A DNA stretch of 64,000 nt, taken from the NCBI GenBank assembly GCA_007116155.1, contig SKJC01000006.1, positions 31,951 through 95,950 on the forward strand. Direction: 5' to 3'. This DNA is from Candidatus Babeliaceae bacterium (GTDB lineage: Bacteria; Babelota; Babeliae; Babelales; Babelaceae). Position 1 is the first letter of the stretch. Each line of letters opens with the position of its first letter. The notes under the pieces were generated by a model that saw only the letters and a program-made list of their open reading frames with translations, searched no databases and had not been told where the DNA came from. The position numbers and the translations under genes are program-made. Below, piece after piece: positions 28,117-37,947 of this stretch.

Positions 28117-28803
28117 TTATGAATAAAAAGAACGCGCCGCAGTAACCACGACAACACGCCGAGCACCTGCTTTATACAAAATTTTTGCTATTGCCTCCAC
28201 CGTGGCACCCGTGGTAAAAACATCATCAACTAATACTATTGATTTATCTTTATACTGAGCAACTAAATCAGGTCGCCTAAAACAAAACGCGCCATCAACA
28301 TTCACACGACGCTCAGAGGCACTAAGCTCGGCTTGATACATCGTTTTTTTCCGTCGAATTAACGGTTGAGCTATCAAACACGAAGTACGCTCCGCCAACA
28401 CTTGCGCGATAATATATGACTGATTAAAACCGCGACGCCATTGACGAGTCCAATGCAAAGGAACAGGCAACAAAAAATCAAATTCCTGCCATGGACATGA
28501 GCATAAATCAAAAATCAACGGCCCCAACAACCTCGCAAACGCAACATTTTGATAATGTTTTCCGCAAATCAAGCTGCGCACAACCCCAGTATATTCAGCC
28601 GCTGAATATACCGTTAAAATCTTTCCGTTGCTTAAGAGCACATCTCGTGTTAAGGGACGTTTTATACCAACGTAACAATCAACACAAAAAGGAGAGAAAT
28701 CTTCTAAAAAAACACGACATCTTTGACAATAGGATGGAAATAAAAACTGATCAATAAAATGGAGTACTCGGCCTAAGATTTTTCGCACAAACACTATCCT
28801 CAC
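28117..28803 (-). CDS. comF: ComF/GntX-family phosphoribosyltransferase-domain protein
   Basis: N-terminal CxxC...CxxC zinc finger. PRT motif VLVDDVFTTGATVEAIAKIL. Confidence 0.8.
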   Translation of the reverse strand: MRIVFVRKILGRVLHFIDQFLFPSYCQRCRVFLEDFSPFCVDCYVGIKRPLTRDVLLSNGKILTVYSAAEYTGVVRSLICGKHYQNVAFARLLGPLIFDLCSCPWQEFDFLLPVPLHWTRQWRRGFNQSYIIAQVLAERTSCLIAQPLIRRKKTMYQAELSASERRVNVDGAFCFRRPDLVAQYKDKSIVLVDDVFTTGATVEAIAKILYKAGARRVVVVTAARSFYS

Positions 28804-29276
28804 GAAAAAATAAAACTTACTACGAGATGTGTTAACAATCCCGCAGCAACATCATCGGCCAATATCCCCCAAAAACCAGGCAATACTCGCGCCTGTCTAA
28901 TTCCCAACGGCTTAAATAAACTTAAAATCATATATAACAAAAACGCAACAGAATAAACCAAAAGCGTATGCGGCATCTGGTAAACAGCTATCATTGAACC
29001 AATAAACCAATCAAGAACAATTGTCGGCGCAACAGCAACATCACCATACCAAACTACCCGCTCATCAAACAACGCCTGTTGAACAACAAAAGAAAGGGCA
29101 AGCAAGACAACAAAAAAAGCAACCGTCAAATTAAGAGATCCAATTTCTGCTACCTGCGGCAAAAACCACATACCCGCAAATCCCAAAGCGCCAGCGACTG
29201 GACCCCCTTCAGAATACTTACCCAGACCTCCCATAGTAGCAATACTATAGGCAAGATGAGCTCTAATCTTTTTCAT
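28800..29276 (-). CDS. pgpA: Phosphatidylglycerophosphatase A
   Basis: ATMGGLGKYSEGGPVAGALGFAGMWFLP matches the PgpA signature. Membrane helices. Confidence 0.75.
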   Translation of the reverse strand: MKKIRAHLAYSIATMGGLGKYSEGGPVAGALGFAGMWFLPQVAEIGSLNLTVAFFVVLLALSFVVQQALFDERVVWYGDVAVAPTIVLDWFIGSMIAVYQMPHTLLVYSVAFLLYMILSLFKPLGIRQARVLPGFWGILADDVAAGLLTHLVVSFIFS

Positions 29277-29694
29277 ACAACAACTCCCGAAGAGTTAATA
29301 AAAATACCCCAAACACCACAGAGACATCAGCGACATTAAAAAGAGGAAATTGCACATGCAGTAGCGGATAAATATCGATAAAATCAATAACCCCGCCATG
29401 GTACAAGATACGACTAAAGATATTTGCCAATGCTCCCGCTATAATAAACGTTTCAGGATAAATTGTTTTATTTTGTTTCAGCCGTAAACGCGCAAGATAG
29501 GCACAAAAAAGCACTATACAAAAAGAAATAACACCAAAAAATATTCCAGAGCTCAAACCTTGTGAACAAATACCCCAGGAAATGCCATAATTAACAGCAC
29601 AGACAATGGTATCATTTGCAACTGCCCATGACTTGGTTATCACATCAAGATAAAAGACCAACAACGCAATAAGACCGTATACAAGCAAATTCAT
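29263..29694 (-). CDS. lspA: Lipoprotein signal peptidase (signal peptidase II)
   Basis: FNVADVSVVFGV (the conserved FN.AD motif). Four TM helices. 143 aa. Confidence 0.85.
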   Translation of the reverse strand: MNLLVYGLIALLVFYLDVITKSWAVANDTIVCAVNYGISWGICSQGLSSGIFFGVISFCIVLFCAYLARLRLKQNKTIYPETFIIAGALANIFSRILYHGGVIDFIDIYPLLHVQFPLFNVADVSVVFGVFLLTLRELLYEKD

Positions 29695-32039
29695 TAGCGC
29701 ACCACCCCACCAAGTGATTGCACCGCAGCAACAACTCGTGCCTGAACATCATCTAGCTCCTGCTTAGTAAGTGTATGTTCATCATCCTGGACCATGTAAC
29801 GAATCGTTAATGCACGACCATCAGTCCATTCACTTTTTTCAAACATATCAACTAGAGCAACTTCACGAATACGCGCATCAAGACTCGCCAAGGCCGTTTC
29901 TATTTGGTCAACTGAAAGACTAAGTGGCGCAAACAGACTCACATCAAACAGCGTTGACTGGTAGCGTGAAAGCGGGGCATAGGTATACTCTTGGGCTGGA
30001 AGATCTAACAATAATCCACCAAGGCGCAATTCAAAGGCAAAAGCACAACTTTTCCCATCAACAAGCCGTTGTAATACATCAGGATGAACTGCCCCAACAA
30101 AACCATAAGATACGTCCTTAATAAAAATTTCTGCCGTTTGCCTTGAATCAAACCAAACCGGACAGGAAGACTCGGCGACTGATCGCCACTCAGGATAGAC
30201 GCTGCAACTGTCAAACAATTTCATTACCACCTGCTTGGCATCATAAAAATCAAGATTTTTACGCGCAAACAAGATACCTGCCAACTGTTCTTTTTCCTGA
30301 GGAAGCGCCTCACGAGGCGCACCTGGAGCAAACTTCCAAGTTCTTGCAATCTCAAAAAAACGCACTTCATCACGCAAAATAGCATTTGCCTGAACCGCCT
30401 GTAATGCGTGTGGAATTAACGACGTTACTAATCGAAACATATTTTGCGATAATGGATTTTTTAATTCCTGAGCACGATCAACAACAATGCCTGCTTCAGT
30501 TAAAAAAGCTTCGTCAAAGAGAGAATATCGAGCAACTTCACGCATACCACAACCGAACGCGCAAATTTGCCGAATCGCGCGCTTAGACATAGCCGATTGG
30601 ATAGAAAACGGACGCATGCTTCGCTTCGGCATAATCTGAGGAATTGAATCATACCCAATAAACCGCGCCACTTCTTCAATAATATCTTCCGCTATTTTTA
30701 CATCCTTATACCCCCGAAACAGAGGCACACTCACAACATATACTAAGCCACCATCCCTACCTTGTTCCGTATTTACCCCAAAACCGAGGCGCTGCAAAAT
30801 AGCAATTACGTCACTTTCTACCACCGCACAACCGAGCCGATCAGTTAACAACCTATGAGCAAGCGCAATCTGATCTGAACTAAAAACACGACCAACTGAC
30901 GCAATAACTGGATCGGCAACACTTGAAAACCCTTCTCGCCGTAAAAGCGCAATATATCGCTCAAGCGCAATAATATTTGCATGTGGATCAAGCCCCTTTT
31001 CAAACCGCATAGAGCTATCAGTACGAACTTTTGCGCGCTGCGAAGAAATGCGAATAGCCGATGCATTAAAATGCGCGGCTTCTAAAATAATACGCTCTGT
31101 TTTAGCCGTTATACCACTTGCAGCACCCCCCATAATACCCGCAAGTGAAAGCACTTGGTGATCATCAGCAACGACGCAATCCTGCTCTGCAAGAAGCAAC
31201 TCGGATCCGTCCAATAATAAAAGGCGCTCGCCAGATCTTGCACGTCGTACAACCAATGAACCTTGTATCACTGCACCATCAAATGCATGCATAGGATGCC
31301 CAATATCAAACATGACATAGTTCGTTAAATCTACAATCCCTGAAATAGCCTTCCCCCCAATGCGCGCTAGGCGAGAGACTATGGCTAAGGAAGATGATCG
31401 ATTTTCAATAGAACAAACCGAGATAGTAGCAAATCGGTTACACGACTCCACATCTTCAAGCACGACGTGCGGTGAACATATTTCAAAATGAGAAACCGGA
31501 TAGTCTGGAGAGATGCGCTCTTCATCAACCAAAGATTGATGAAGGATCGCAGCAATTTCGCGCGCAAAACCACGATGCCCCCACAAATCAGGACGATTTG
31601 TAAGCGATTTATTATCAATATCTATAATCCAGTCAACTGACTCAAGAACCTCGCGCCAAGCACCCGCTACTTGTTCCTCTGGAACATAAATTGTAGGAAT
31701 ATCGGCTGAACGATCCCCACCAATATGTTGATACGTCGCCCAGGCATACCCGTCATCTTTTAACAACAGGACCTGCTCCCCCACCTGAACATCATCACGC
31801 AACGGCAACGAGAGATTTTTTTTTAACTCTGGTATAAAAACAACTATTGAATCTTTTTCAATAGAATGAACAGTTGCCACAAAAAATCGTTTCCAGTCGC
31901 AAGAAAACTGTACAACCCCATCAATTTCCGCCGTTGTTTTGCCCAAAGCGATAAGTAATGCATCAACGTCCTGCGCAGCTAGCTCCGCATTGATATGGTC
32001 AAAGACCCACGACAAAGAAAGTTTCATCTGTTCTTCCAA
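29694..32039 (-). CDS. pheT: Phenylalanyl-tRNA synthetase beta subunit
   Basis: B3/4 domain DLTNYVMFDIGHPMHAFD. B5 and C-terminal FDX-ACB domains. 781 aa. Confidence 0.9.
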   Translation of the reverse strand: MEEQMKLSLSWVFDHINAELAAQDVDALLIALGKTTAEIDGVVQFSCDWKRFFVATVHSIEKDSIVVFIPELKKNLSLPLRDDVQVGEQVLLLKDDGYAWATYQHIGGDRSADIPTIYVPEEQVAGAWREVLESVDWIIDIDNKSLTNRPDLWGHRGFAREIAAILHQSLVDEERISPDYPVSHFEICSPHVVLEDVESCNRFATISVCSIENRSSSLAIVSRLARIGGKAISGIVDLTNYVMFDIGHPMHAFDGAVIQGSLVVRRARSGERLLLLDGSELLLAEQDCVVADDHQVLSLAGIMGGAASGITAKTERIILEAAHFNASAIRISSQRAKVRTDSSMRFEKGLDPHANIIALERYIALLRREGFSSVADPVIASVGRVFSSDQIALAHRLLTDRLGCAVVESDVIAILQRLGFGVNTEQGRDGGLVYVVSVPLFRGYKDVKIAEDIIEEVARFIGYDSIPQIMPKRSMRPFSIQSAMSKRAIRQICAFGCGMREVARYSLFDEAFLTEAGIVVDRAQELKNPLSQNMFRLVTSLIPHALQAVQANAILRDEVRFFEIARTWKFAPGAPREALPQEKEQLAGILFARKNLDFYDAKQVVMKLFDSCSVYPEWRSVAESSCPVWFDSRQTAEIFIKDVSYGFVGAVHPDVLQRLVDGKSCAFAFELRLGGLLLDLPAQEYTYAPLSRYQSTLFDVSLFAPLSLSVDQIETALASLDARIREVALVDMFEKSEWTDGRALTIRYMVQDDEHTLTKQELDDVQARVVAAVQSLGGVVR

Positions 32040-32138
32040 GAAAAAAACAATACACTGCTATTAATACTCATTATCGTACTCAAAAAGAGATACCTGGGCA
32101 AATAAACAGCCAGCGTAAATTTCCAGAAAAAGGACGTC

Positions 32139-33098
32139 ATGAAACCCAATCCTGCGCACATAAAGCAAAACGTTTCACTTGCCGAAAAAACATGGTTTCA
32201 GACGGGGGGGGCAGCCTCATGGTATAGCGAACCAACAACTGTCCAATCAGTCCAAGAGGCCATAACGTGGGCGAACCATGAAAATCTACAGATCTTCATC
32301 CTCGGCAAAGGCGCCAATATACTAATTAGCGATACCGGTTTTGCTGGATTAGTAATCCACCCAAAACTAATACAAATAACACATGAAGAAGTATCAACTG
32401 AAGTAGCTCTCGTAACAGCTCAAGCAGGCGTTAGCATTGATGAACTTATTCACTATTGTTTAGCGCACAATATGATCGGACTGGAAGAGTTTAGCGCAAT
32501 TCCAGGGACTGTTGGGGGTTCTGTCTTTATTAATATCCACTATTTTACTGCAGCATTAAGCGATTTTTTACAAAGCGCCACGCTTATGCATACCAAAACA
32601 GGTGAGATCCTAAAAGTAGATACCTCATGGTTCAATTTCGGTTACGATTACTCCACGCTACACCAAGAGCCCTACATGGTCCTAGATGCAACATTCCGCG
32701 TCCAACGCGTCAGCGAAAAAGAGGCGGCCTATGCACTTGGCCGATCCGTTGAAATAACAAGACACCGCAAACAGCGCTATCCGTACACGGGCACCTGCGG
32801 AAGTTTTTTTAAAAATTTTTCACCTGATCAAATAACAGTCACTCATAACGGCAAAAAAGCTATTTGGGTAGCATATTATCTAGACAAATTAGGCATAAAA
32901 GGCGAACTCTGCGTCGGCGATGCCTGCGTCTCCCATCAACACGCAAACATGATCGTTAACAAAGGCTCTGCAACTTCGACAGATATTATTTCCCTCGCCC
33001 GAACCATGCAAGAAATGATGCAAAAAACGTTTAATCTCATACCGGAACCGGAATGCCAACTTATAGGATTTCCCGAATGGCCACTGCTAGAAAAATAA
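32139..33098 (+). CDS. murB: UDP-N-acetylenolpyruvoylglucosamine reductase
   Basis: FAD-binding motif IFILGKGANILISDTGFAGLVI. C-terminal MurB domain. Confidence 0.9.
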   Translation: MKPNPAHIKQNVSLAEKTWFQTGGAASWYSEPTTVQSVQEAITWANHENLQIFILGKGANILISDTGFAGLVIHPKLIQITHEEVSTEVALVTAQAGVSIDELIHYCLAHNMIGLEEFSAIPGTVGGSVFINIHYFTAALSDFLQSATLMHTKTGEILKVDTSWFNFGYDYSTLHQEPYMVLDATFRVQRVSEKEAAYALGRSVEITRHRKQRYPYTGTCGSFFKNFSPDQITVTHNGKKAIWVAYYLDKLGIKGELCVGDACVSHQHANMIVNKGSATSTDIISLARTMQEMMQKTFNLIPEPECQLIGFPEWPLLEK

Positions 33099-33171
33099 CA
33101 GCCACCCTAACATATATCCCATAACGTGCCTATAACTCTCTTTGCCCAATAATCACGCATTGGTCGAAAAA

Positions 33172-33199
33172 TTGACAAATAAGAAATTTTACATATGCT
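33172..33199 (+). promoter_or_regulatory. Near-consensus sigma70-type promoter TTGACA-N16-TATGCT for the 33228 gene
   Basis: ttgaca at 33172-33177 and tatgct at 33194-33199. 27/29 identical to the element at 34354-34381. Confidence 0.6.
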
Positions 33200-33227
33200 G
33201 AAATAAAAAATAAAAAAGGATCTTTTT

Positions 33228-33644
33228 ATGAAGTATACAACAACTTGTTACCGTCTTGTATTTCTAGTTTCCTTTTTGTGCGGCGGAAATATATCGTTGG
33301 CAAAAGGCCACTTACAGCCGGAAGTTACCAGCTTGCTTGCAGGTGGAATATTACTCGGAATGATTGGTTGCGAGAAGTATAACGGTACCACGGTTAAAAA
33401 ACTGCCACTTACTAAAAGGCAACAGGTTGCCCGCGGCTTACAAACAAGCTTAGTAAGTTTTATTGCCCTCGATGGACTCTGGCAACTAAAAACAGATATA
33501 GCTAAGTTCAACCTAAAAACATTAAACAGAAAACAGACCATACCGGGGCTCTTTAGAACCTGTGCTTACACACTTCTCTTCAGACAGTATAGCAAATGGA
33601 TAATCTCCATATTTCAAAACAAACCAATTACTATTGATGTATAA
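33228..33644 (+). CDS. Small secreted/membrane protein, paralogue family member A
   Basis: Signal-like N-terminus. Central region aligns with the 33716 ORF (GLWQLK vs KIWQIK; SLLAGGILLGMIG vs SLFAGRAVLAIRG). Confidence 0.6.
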   Translation: MKYTTTCYRLVFLVSFLCGGNISLAKGHLQPEVTSLLAGGILLGMIGCEKYNGTTVKKLPLTKRQQVARGLQTSLVSFIALDGLWQLKTDIAKFNLKTLNRKQTIPGLFRTCAYTLLFRQYSKWIISIFQNKPITIDV

Positions 33645-33715
33645 ACAAAACGTTAGACAAAAAGTATAACTCCAAAAACCAGAAGACCAGCGCCACTTTT
33701 TTGATAAAATAAATC

Positions 33716-34210
33716 ATGAAAATCACAGCGACAAATGAAAAAACAAGAGAAATATATGAAAAAATAGTCCTTTTTTTACTAACCATTATGAGCCTCAGCA
33801 CACTTCTAGATGCTTCTAATGGAGAAAACATTCGCGAAGAAGAAAACCAAGGAAGCGAAGAAGAGCTACCAGGCGCAATCCGACTTCGCCCGGGCACTCT
33901 CTCATTATTCGCTGGAAGGGCCGTGCTTGCAATCCGAGGCTATCAAGAACTTTTTAAAAAAAATGAAAATGCCGAAGAGGAACCAGGAAACTGCCTGTTA
34001 AAGGCCAGCCAAATAACACTACTTGGAATACTGATTGGTGACAAAATCTGGCAAATAAAAAGTCTTTTCAGAAAACCTAAAGATTCTGATGAAGAACAAT
34101 GTTCTTGGCTTACAAGTTTTCCAATAGTTTGGAGTTTAATACAGTACAGCCACAAGGCTTTTTCGAGTCAACCTGAAAAATTTTTCGACGGCGCAGCTAT
34201 AAGTTTTTAA
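33716..34210 (+). CDS. Small secreted/membrane protein, paralogue family member B (acidic insert)
   Basis: About 30% identity over about 70 aa to the 33228 ORF. Hydrophobic N-terminal segment. Confidence 0.6.
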   Translation: MKITATNEKTREIYEKIVLFLLTIMSLSTLLDASNGENIREEENQGSEEELPGAIRLRPGTLSLFAGRAVLAIRGYQELFKKNENAEEEPGNCLLKASQITLLGILIGDKIWQIKSLFRKPKDSDEEQCSWLTSFPIVWSLIQYSHKAFSSQPEKFFDGAAISF

Positions 34211-34353
34211 TTTAAAAAACTATCCGAAAATTATTGCGGCCTCAAACAACAGATGCGGTTCAATCTATCTTGCTAACCCAAAAAGCTACCCGTATATGCA
34301 AAAAAATAAAAAAATCTAGCCCAACCTTTCCCGCTATTCTTTTTTTTAACTTT

Positions 34354-34381
34354 TTGACAAATAAAAAATTTTACATATACT
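34354..34381 (+). promoter_or_regulatory. Near-consensus sigma70-type promoter TTGACA-N16-TATACT for the 34442 gene
   Basis: ttgaca at 34354-34359 and tatact at 34376-34381. The spacer is 15/16 identical to the 33172 promoter. Confidence 0.6.
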
Positions 34382-34441
34382 GTATAGCATCATCCTCCCC
34401 CGACAACAAATAATCCTATAGATATAAAAAAGGGCTTCCAT

Positions 34442-34792
34442 ATGAAAAAAATTATGTATGCAGCAGCGATAATTGTCTCTTCCATAGCTAGCACTCACGC
34501 TATAAACAATACACTCATGAATCTTCTTCCAGTAGCTTCATCGCTATACTCAAGACCACAACTCATGAATCTCGTGACTCGTAAAGCAGACCAAATGCAA
34601 AAATTTGTAAGCACGCTTGAAGAAACAAAAAAGACTATGGACACATTAATTAACGAGAATAAACAGCTTAGTAATATAGTTGAAACTAATGCCTCCCACT
34701 CAATACAACCAACAAGATCAAACGGTCGTATTCGTGCTGCACTTCTCGGCATTGGAATTGGAACAGTACTAACCTGGTTCTTTAAAAAATAA
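34442..34792 (+). CDS. Small coiled-coil protein with signal peptide and C-terminal TM anchor
   Basis: MKKIMYAAAIIVSSIASTHA signal. C-terminal ALLGIGIGTVLTWFF. Confidence 0.55.
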   Translation: MKKIMYAAAIIVSSIASTHAINNTLMNLLPVASSLYSRPQLMNLVTRKADQMQKFVSTLEETKKTMDTLINENKQLSNIVETNASHSIQPTRSNGRIRAALLGIGIGTVLTWFFKK

Positions 34793-34817
34793 CTAAAAAG
34801 ATCACGACTACATAAAA

Positions 34818-34848
34818 AAAGACCGGCATTACTCTCCGGTCTTTTTTA
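34818..34848. terminator. Bidirectional rho-independent terminator between convergent genes
   Basis: aaaaaaGACCGGcattactctCCGGTCtttttt: hairpin flanked by an A-run and a T-run. Confidence 0.7.
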
Positions 34849-34850
34849 TA

Positions 34851-36554
34851 TTATACCTGTTGTCCCAATGTCGAAACCGAAAGCACTTCATCAATAGTCG
34901 TCAATCCCATAGCCGCCTTACGCAATCCATCTTCTAATAACAAATTCATGCCATCTTTGCGCGCTTGTTCTTGAATCTGAGCCGTTTCAGCACGCGCAAG
35001 CGTTAAATGCATAACATTATTACTCATCTGCATTACTTCAAAAACAGCAAGCCGCCCCTTATATCCTAAATTCGCACACTGCTCACAGCCAACCGCCATA
35101 TAAAATTTTGTCTTTTTTGCAGCCTCGATAGTTAATCCTACCTGCTCAAGAATATCCGCTGGCGGTTGATACTCCTTTTTACATTGATCACACAGGCGCC
35201 GCACTAGCCGCTGGGCAATAACCACCGTAACTGAAGAAGCAATTAAAAATGGCTCTACGCCCATATCAATTAAACGAGTAATGGTTGCTGCAGCACTATT
35301 AGTATGCAATGTACTCAAAACCAAGTGACCCGTGAGCGCTGACTGAATAGCAATTTGCGCTGTCTCCTGATCGCGTGTTTCACCAATCATAATAATATCC
35401 GGATCTTGTCGTAAAATAGAACGAAGTGCCGCAGCAAACGTCAAACCGACCTGCTCTTTTACCTGCACTTGTCCAATACCCTTCATCTGATATTCAACCG
35501 GATCTTCCACCGTAATTATATTCACATCGCTGCTGTTTAATTCACCCAAAATTGAATACAGCGTCGATGTCTTACCAGACCCCGTAGGACCAGTTAACAA
35601 TAAAATACCATTCGGCTGATGCATACCCTGCTCAACCACTTTATAGTCACGCTCTGAAAAGCCAATCTGATCAAGGTTGCCAAAGGTCTTACTCTTATCA
35701 AGTAAGCGCATAACAACGCGCTCACCATAAGAAACAGGTAAAATCGAAACACGAATATCAATTGCCCGATCAGCTATTTTAATCTGAATACGACCATCTT
35801 GTGGCTGCCGTTTCTCAGCGATATTCAAATTCGACATAACTTTAATGCGAGAAGCAATAGCCCCCTGAAGCCGCTTTGGCGGAGTCATAATCTCGTACAA
35901 AACACCATCAACGCGATAACGAACACGCACTTCTTTTTCAAATGGCTCTACATGCACATCCGATGCGCCCCGCTTTACCGCCTGAAAAAGAACATGATTT
36001 ACTAATTTTATAATTGGCGCATCACTGACCATCCCCAAGATATCTTCTTCACTAATAGCCCCAAGACCTTCGGCACTATTAATTGATTCTTGCTCATCTT
36101 GTAATTCTTCAATCATCTCCTTAGCGCCCTCAAGAGGATAATAGCGATTAATCGCTTCACTAATTATTCCCCGAGGAGCAACGGCTATCGAACCTTGACC
36201 AACGACTAACGCAAGCTCATCTAGCGCCTGCACATGATATGGGTCTGCAGTAAGCAAGACTACTTTTCCTGAGACAAGAATGGGCATAACAATATTTTTA
36301 CGCAAAAAAGGTAACGACACTTTGGCCAAAAGATCTGGATCTGCATATTTCTCCGAAATACTTGTATATACAGGCAGTGAAAACTTTTCAGCCAAAACTC
36401 GAGCAAATACTTCTTCCGAAAGCAGCCCATTATTTTGTATATACTCTTCAAAAGGAAGCGATAACTGATCCGCTTCTATTTGCCACGCATCTATCTGCTC
36501 TGACGTGGCAGCCTTCATATCAATCAAAATATGTGCTATTGTTTGCTGTTTCAT
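34851..36554 (-). CDS. gspE: GspE/PilB-family secretion ATPase (type II secretion / type IV pilus assembly)
   Basis: N-terminal GspE_N-like domain. Walker A LLTGPTGSGKTSTLYS. Asp box, Walker B, His box. Tetracysteine CDQCKK...CEQC. 567 aa. Confidence 0.9.
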   Translation of the reverse strand: MKQQTIAHILIDMKAATSEQIDAWQIEADQLSLPFEEYIQNNGLLSEEVFARVLAEKFSLPVYTSISEKYADPDLLAKVSLPFLRKNIVMPILVSGKVVLLTADPYHVQALDELALVVGQGSIAVAPRGIISEAINRYYPLEGAKEMIEELQDEQESINSAEGLGAISEEDILGMVSDAPIIKLVNHVLFQAVKRGASDVHVEPFEKEVRVRYRVDGVLYEIMTPPKRLQGAIASRIKVMSNLNIAEKRQPQDGRIQIKIADRAIDIRVSILPVSYGERVVMRLLDKSKTFGNLDQIGFSERDYKVVEQGMHQPNGILLLTGPTGSGKTSTLYSILGELNSSDVNIITVEDPVEYQMKGIGQVQVKEQVGLTFAAALRSILRQDPDIIMIGETRDQETAQIAIQSALTGHLVLSTLHTNSAAATITRLIDMGVEPFLIASSVTVVIAQRLVRRLCDQCKKEYQPPADILEQVGLTIEAAKKTKFYMAVGCEQCANLGYKGRLAVFEVMQMSNNVMHLTLARAETAQIQEQARKDGMNLLLEDGLRKAAMGLTTIDEVLSVSTLGQQV

Positions 36555-36676
36555 TTTCGCTCTCCATAGTGTTTTCCTGCAATTACAGGCAACCCTCGCG
36601 CCTTGTTCAAACCTATAAATCGTGATACGGTTATTTTGTTGCCCTATGAACAGTATCGTAAAGTTAGTATTCTACC

Positions 36677-37555
36677 ATGAAAAAATTTTGTACATGTCTA
36701 TATGCGTGCCTTTCTTTAGCCTCCGCAGGATCACTTATTTTGCTATGTAGTGGATGTATCGGACACAAACAGACACAAAAAACCCGCATAAAAACCAAAG
36801 AGCTCACGCAACAGACTGAGCCAATTGCACCCTCACCCTGGTCCTCAAAAAAAATAGGCGAGCTCTCTCTAGATGAAGCCCAATCTGCCTACCGGTATTA
36901 CAAAAAAAATAATCGGACGCCACATATTGCCGCCGTATTAGAACGTCTAATTTTATTAACACCCAATCAAGAGCAACTCGAACCGCTCCTACATGAATTA
37001 ATCAATATAAAAATTGAACTTGGGCTTTTAGAAGAAGCTGAAGCACTTCTTGAAGAATACTGCTTACTCTATCCGGGAAACCCACAAACACCGTATAAAC
37101 GCGTTCAAAAAATTTCCGTACAAATACAACAGTTCTCCTCTTCCGAACGAGACATATCAAAAGCTGAAAAAGCTCTAGAAGAAGGATATGCTATCTATAA
37201 CAAACATAAAGAGCAGGCTATTTTAACAGAACATGAGCTAGAAACTCTTGTCGCATTTATTCACCTCGCTCAAAAAATGGTGTCCCAAAAAGCAATCGAA
37301 AAAGTATTATTTTACCTTAATCGTTTTGCCTACACTGAACGCACACAAGCGCTTGAAACTGCTCATAAAAATATGCAGGCGCTCTTAACCTTGCTCGCAG
37401 AACAACCAGATCCAGCCCTGCTCAACCCAGACCAAAAAACAGATATTCTTCGCCTACAAGAGCAACTAGTAGAACAAAAGGAGAAAATAGCTTCTGAACG
37501 CGCAGAACAGCTACGAAGCATCACGCTCGCCCTCCAGAAAATGGTAAACGCATAA
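36677..37555 (+). CDS. Lipoprotein with TPR-like helical repeats
   Basis: Signal peptide plus Cys (LILLCSGC). Helical repeats LEEAEALLEEYCLLYPGNPQTPY. Coiled-coil C-terminus. Confidence 0.55.
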   Translation: MKKFCTCLYACLSLASAGSLILLCSGCIGHKQTQKTRIKTKELTQQTEPIAPSPWSSKKIGELSLDEAQSAYRYYKKNNRTPHIAAVLERLILLTPNQEQLEPLLHELINIKIELGLLEEAEALLEEYCLLYPGNPQTPYKRVQKISVQIQQFSSSERDISKAEKALEEGYAIYNKHKEQAILTEHELETLVAFIHLAQKMVSQKAIEKVLFYLNRFAYTERTQALETAHKNMQALLTLLAEQPDPALLNPDQKTDILRLQEQLVEQKEKIASERAEQLRSITLALQKMVNA

Positions 37556-37560
37556 CTCCT

Positions 37561-37947
37561 ATGGCAAAGACAAAACAAGCAGGACACCTTGGCTTAGCTG
37601 GGGAGAAAACAACGATAGAGCACCTACTCCAAAATGGTTTTACTGTTCTCGCTAAAAACTTTCGCATCCCAGGGGGCGAAATTGATATTATCGCCGAAGA
37701 CAAGCAAACTCGCATCTTTGTAGAAGTGAAAACACGACAAAAAAAATACTTTAATACATCTGAAGTTATTACACAGAAAAAACAACGGCTTATCGCGCGT
37801 GCAGCATTAATCTTTAATAGCAGATTTGGATGGCCGCGCGAAAAAAATTCACGCTTTGATGTAGCGCTCCTTGAAACACAAAAAGATGAACTTATACTAC
37901 ACTATATTCCAAATGCATTTTCTATACCAATGGAGTCTTGTATATGA
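37561..37947 (+). CDS. yraN: YraN-family (UPF0102) endonuclease
   Basis: GEKTTIEHLLQNGFTVLAKNFRIPGGEIDIIAEDKQTRIFVEVKTRQ. Confidence 0.8.
   Translation: MAKTKQAGHLGLAGEKTTIEHLLQNGFTVLAKNFRIPGGEIDIIAEDKQTRIFVEVKTRQKKYFNTSEVITQKKQRLIARAALIFNSRFGWPREKNSRFDVALLETQKDELILHYIPNAFSIPMESCI

Noticed and set aside
33172-34382. Thought at first that the 29-nt shared element was a transcription-factor operator or novel sigma motif.
   Set aside because: It parses cleanly as TTGACA-N16-TATGCT/TATACT, an ordinary strong sigma70-type promoter. The interest lies in its duplication with the genes, not in a new motif.
33248-34752. Minus-strand ORFs 33248-33541, 33631-33897, 33943-34155 and 34495-34752.
   Set aside because: Each is antisense to a plus-strand gene that has a signal peptide, an RBS and a promoter, and their translations are compositionally odd.
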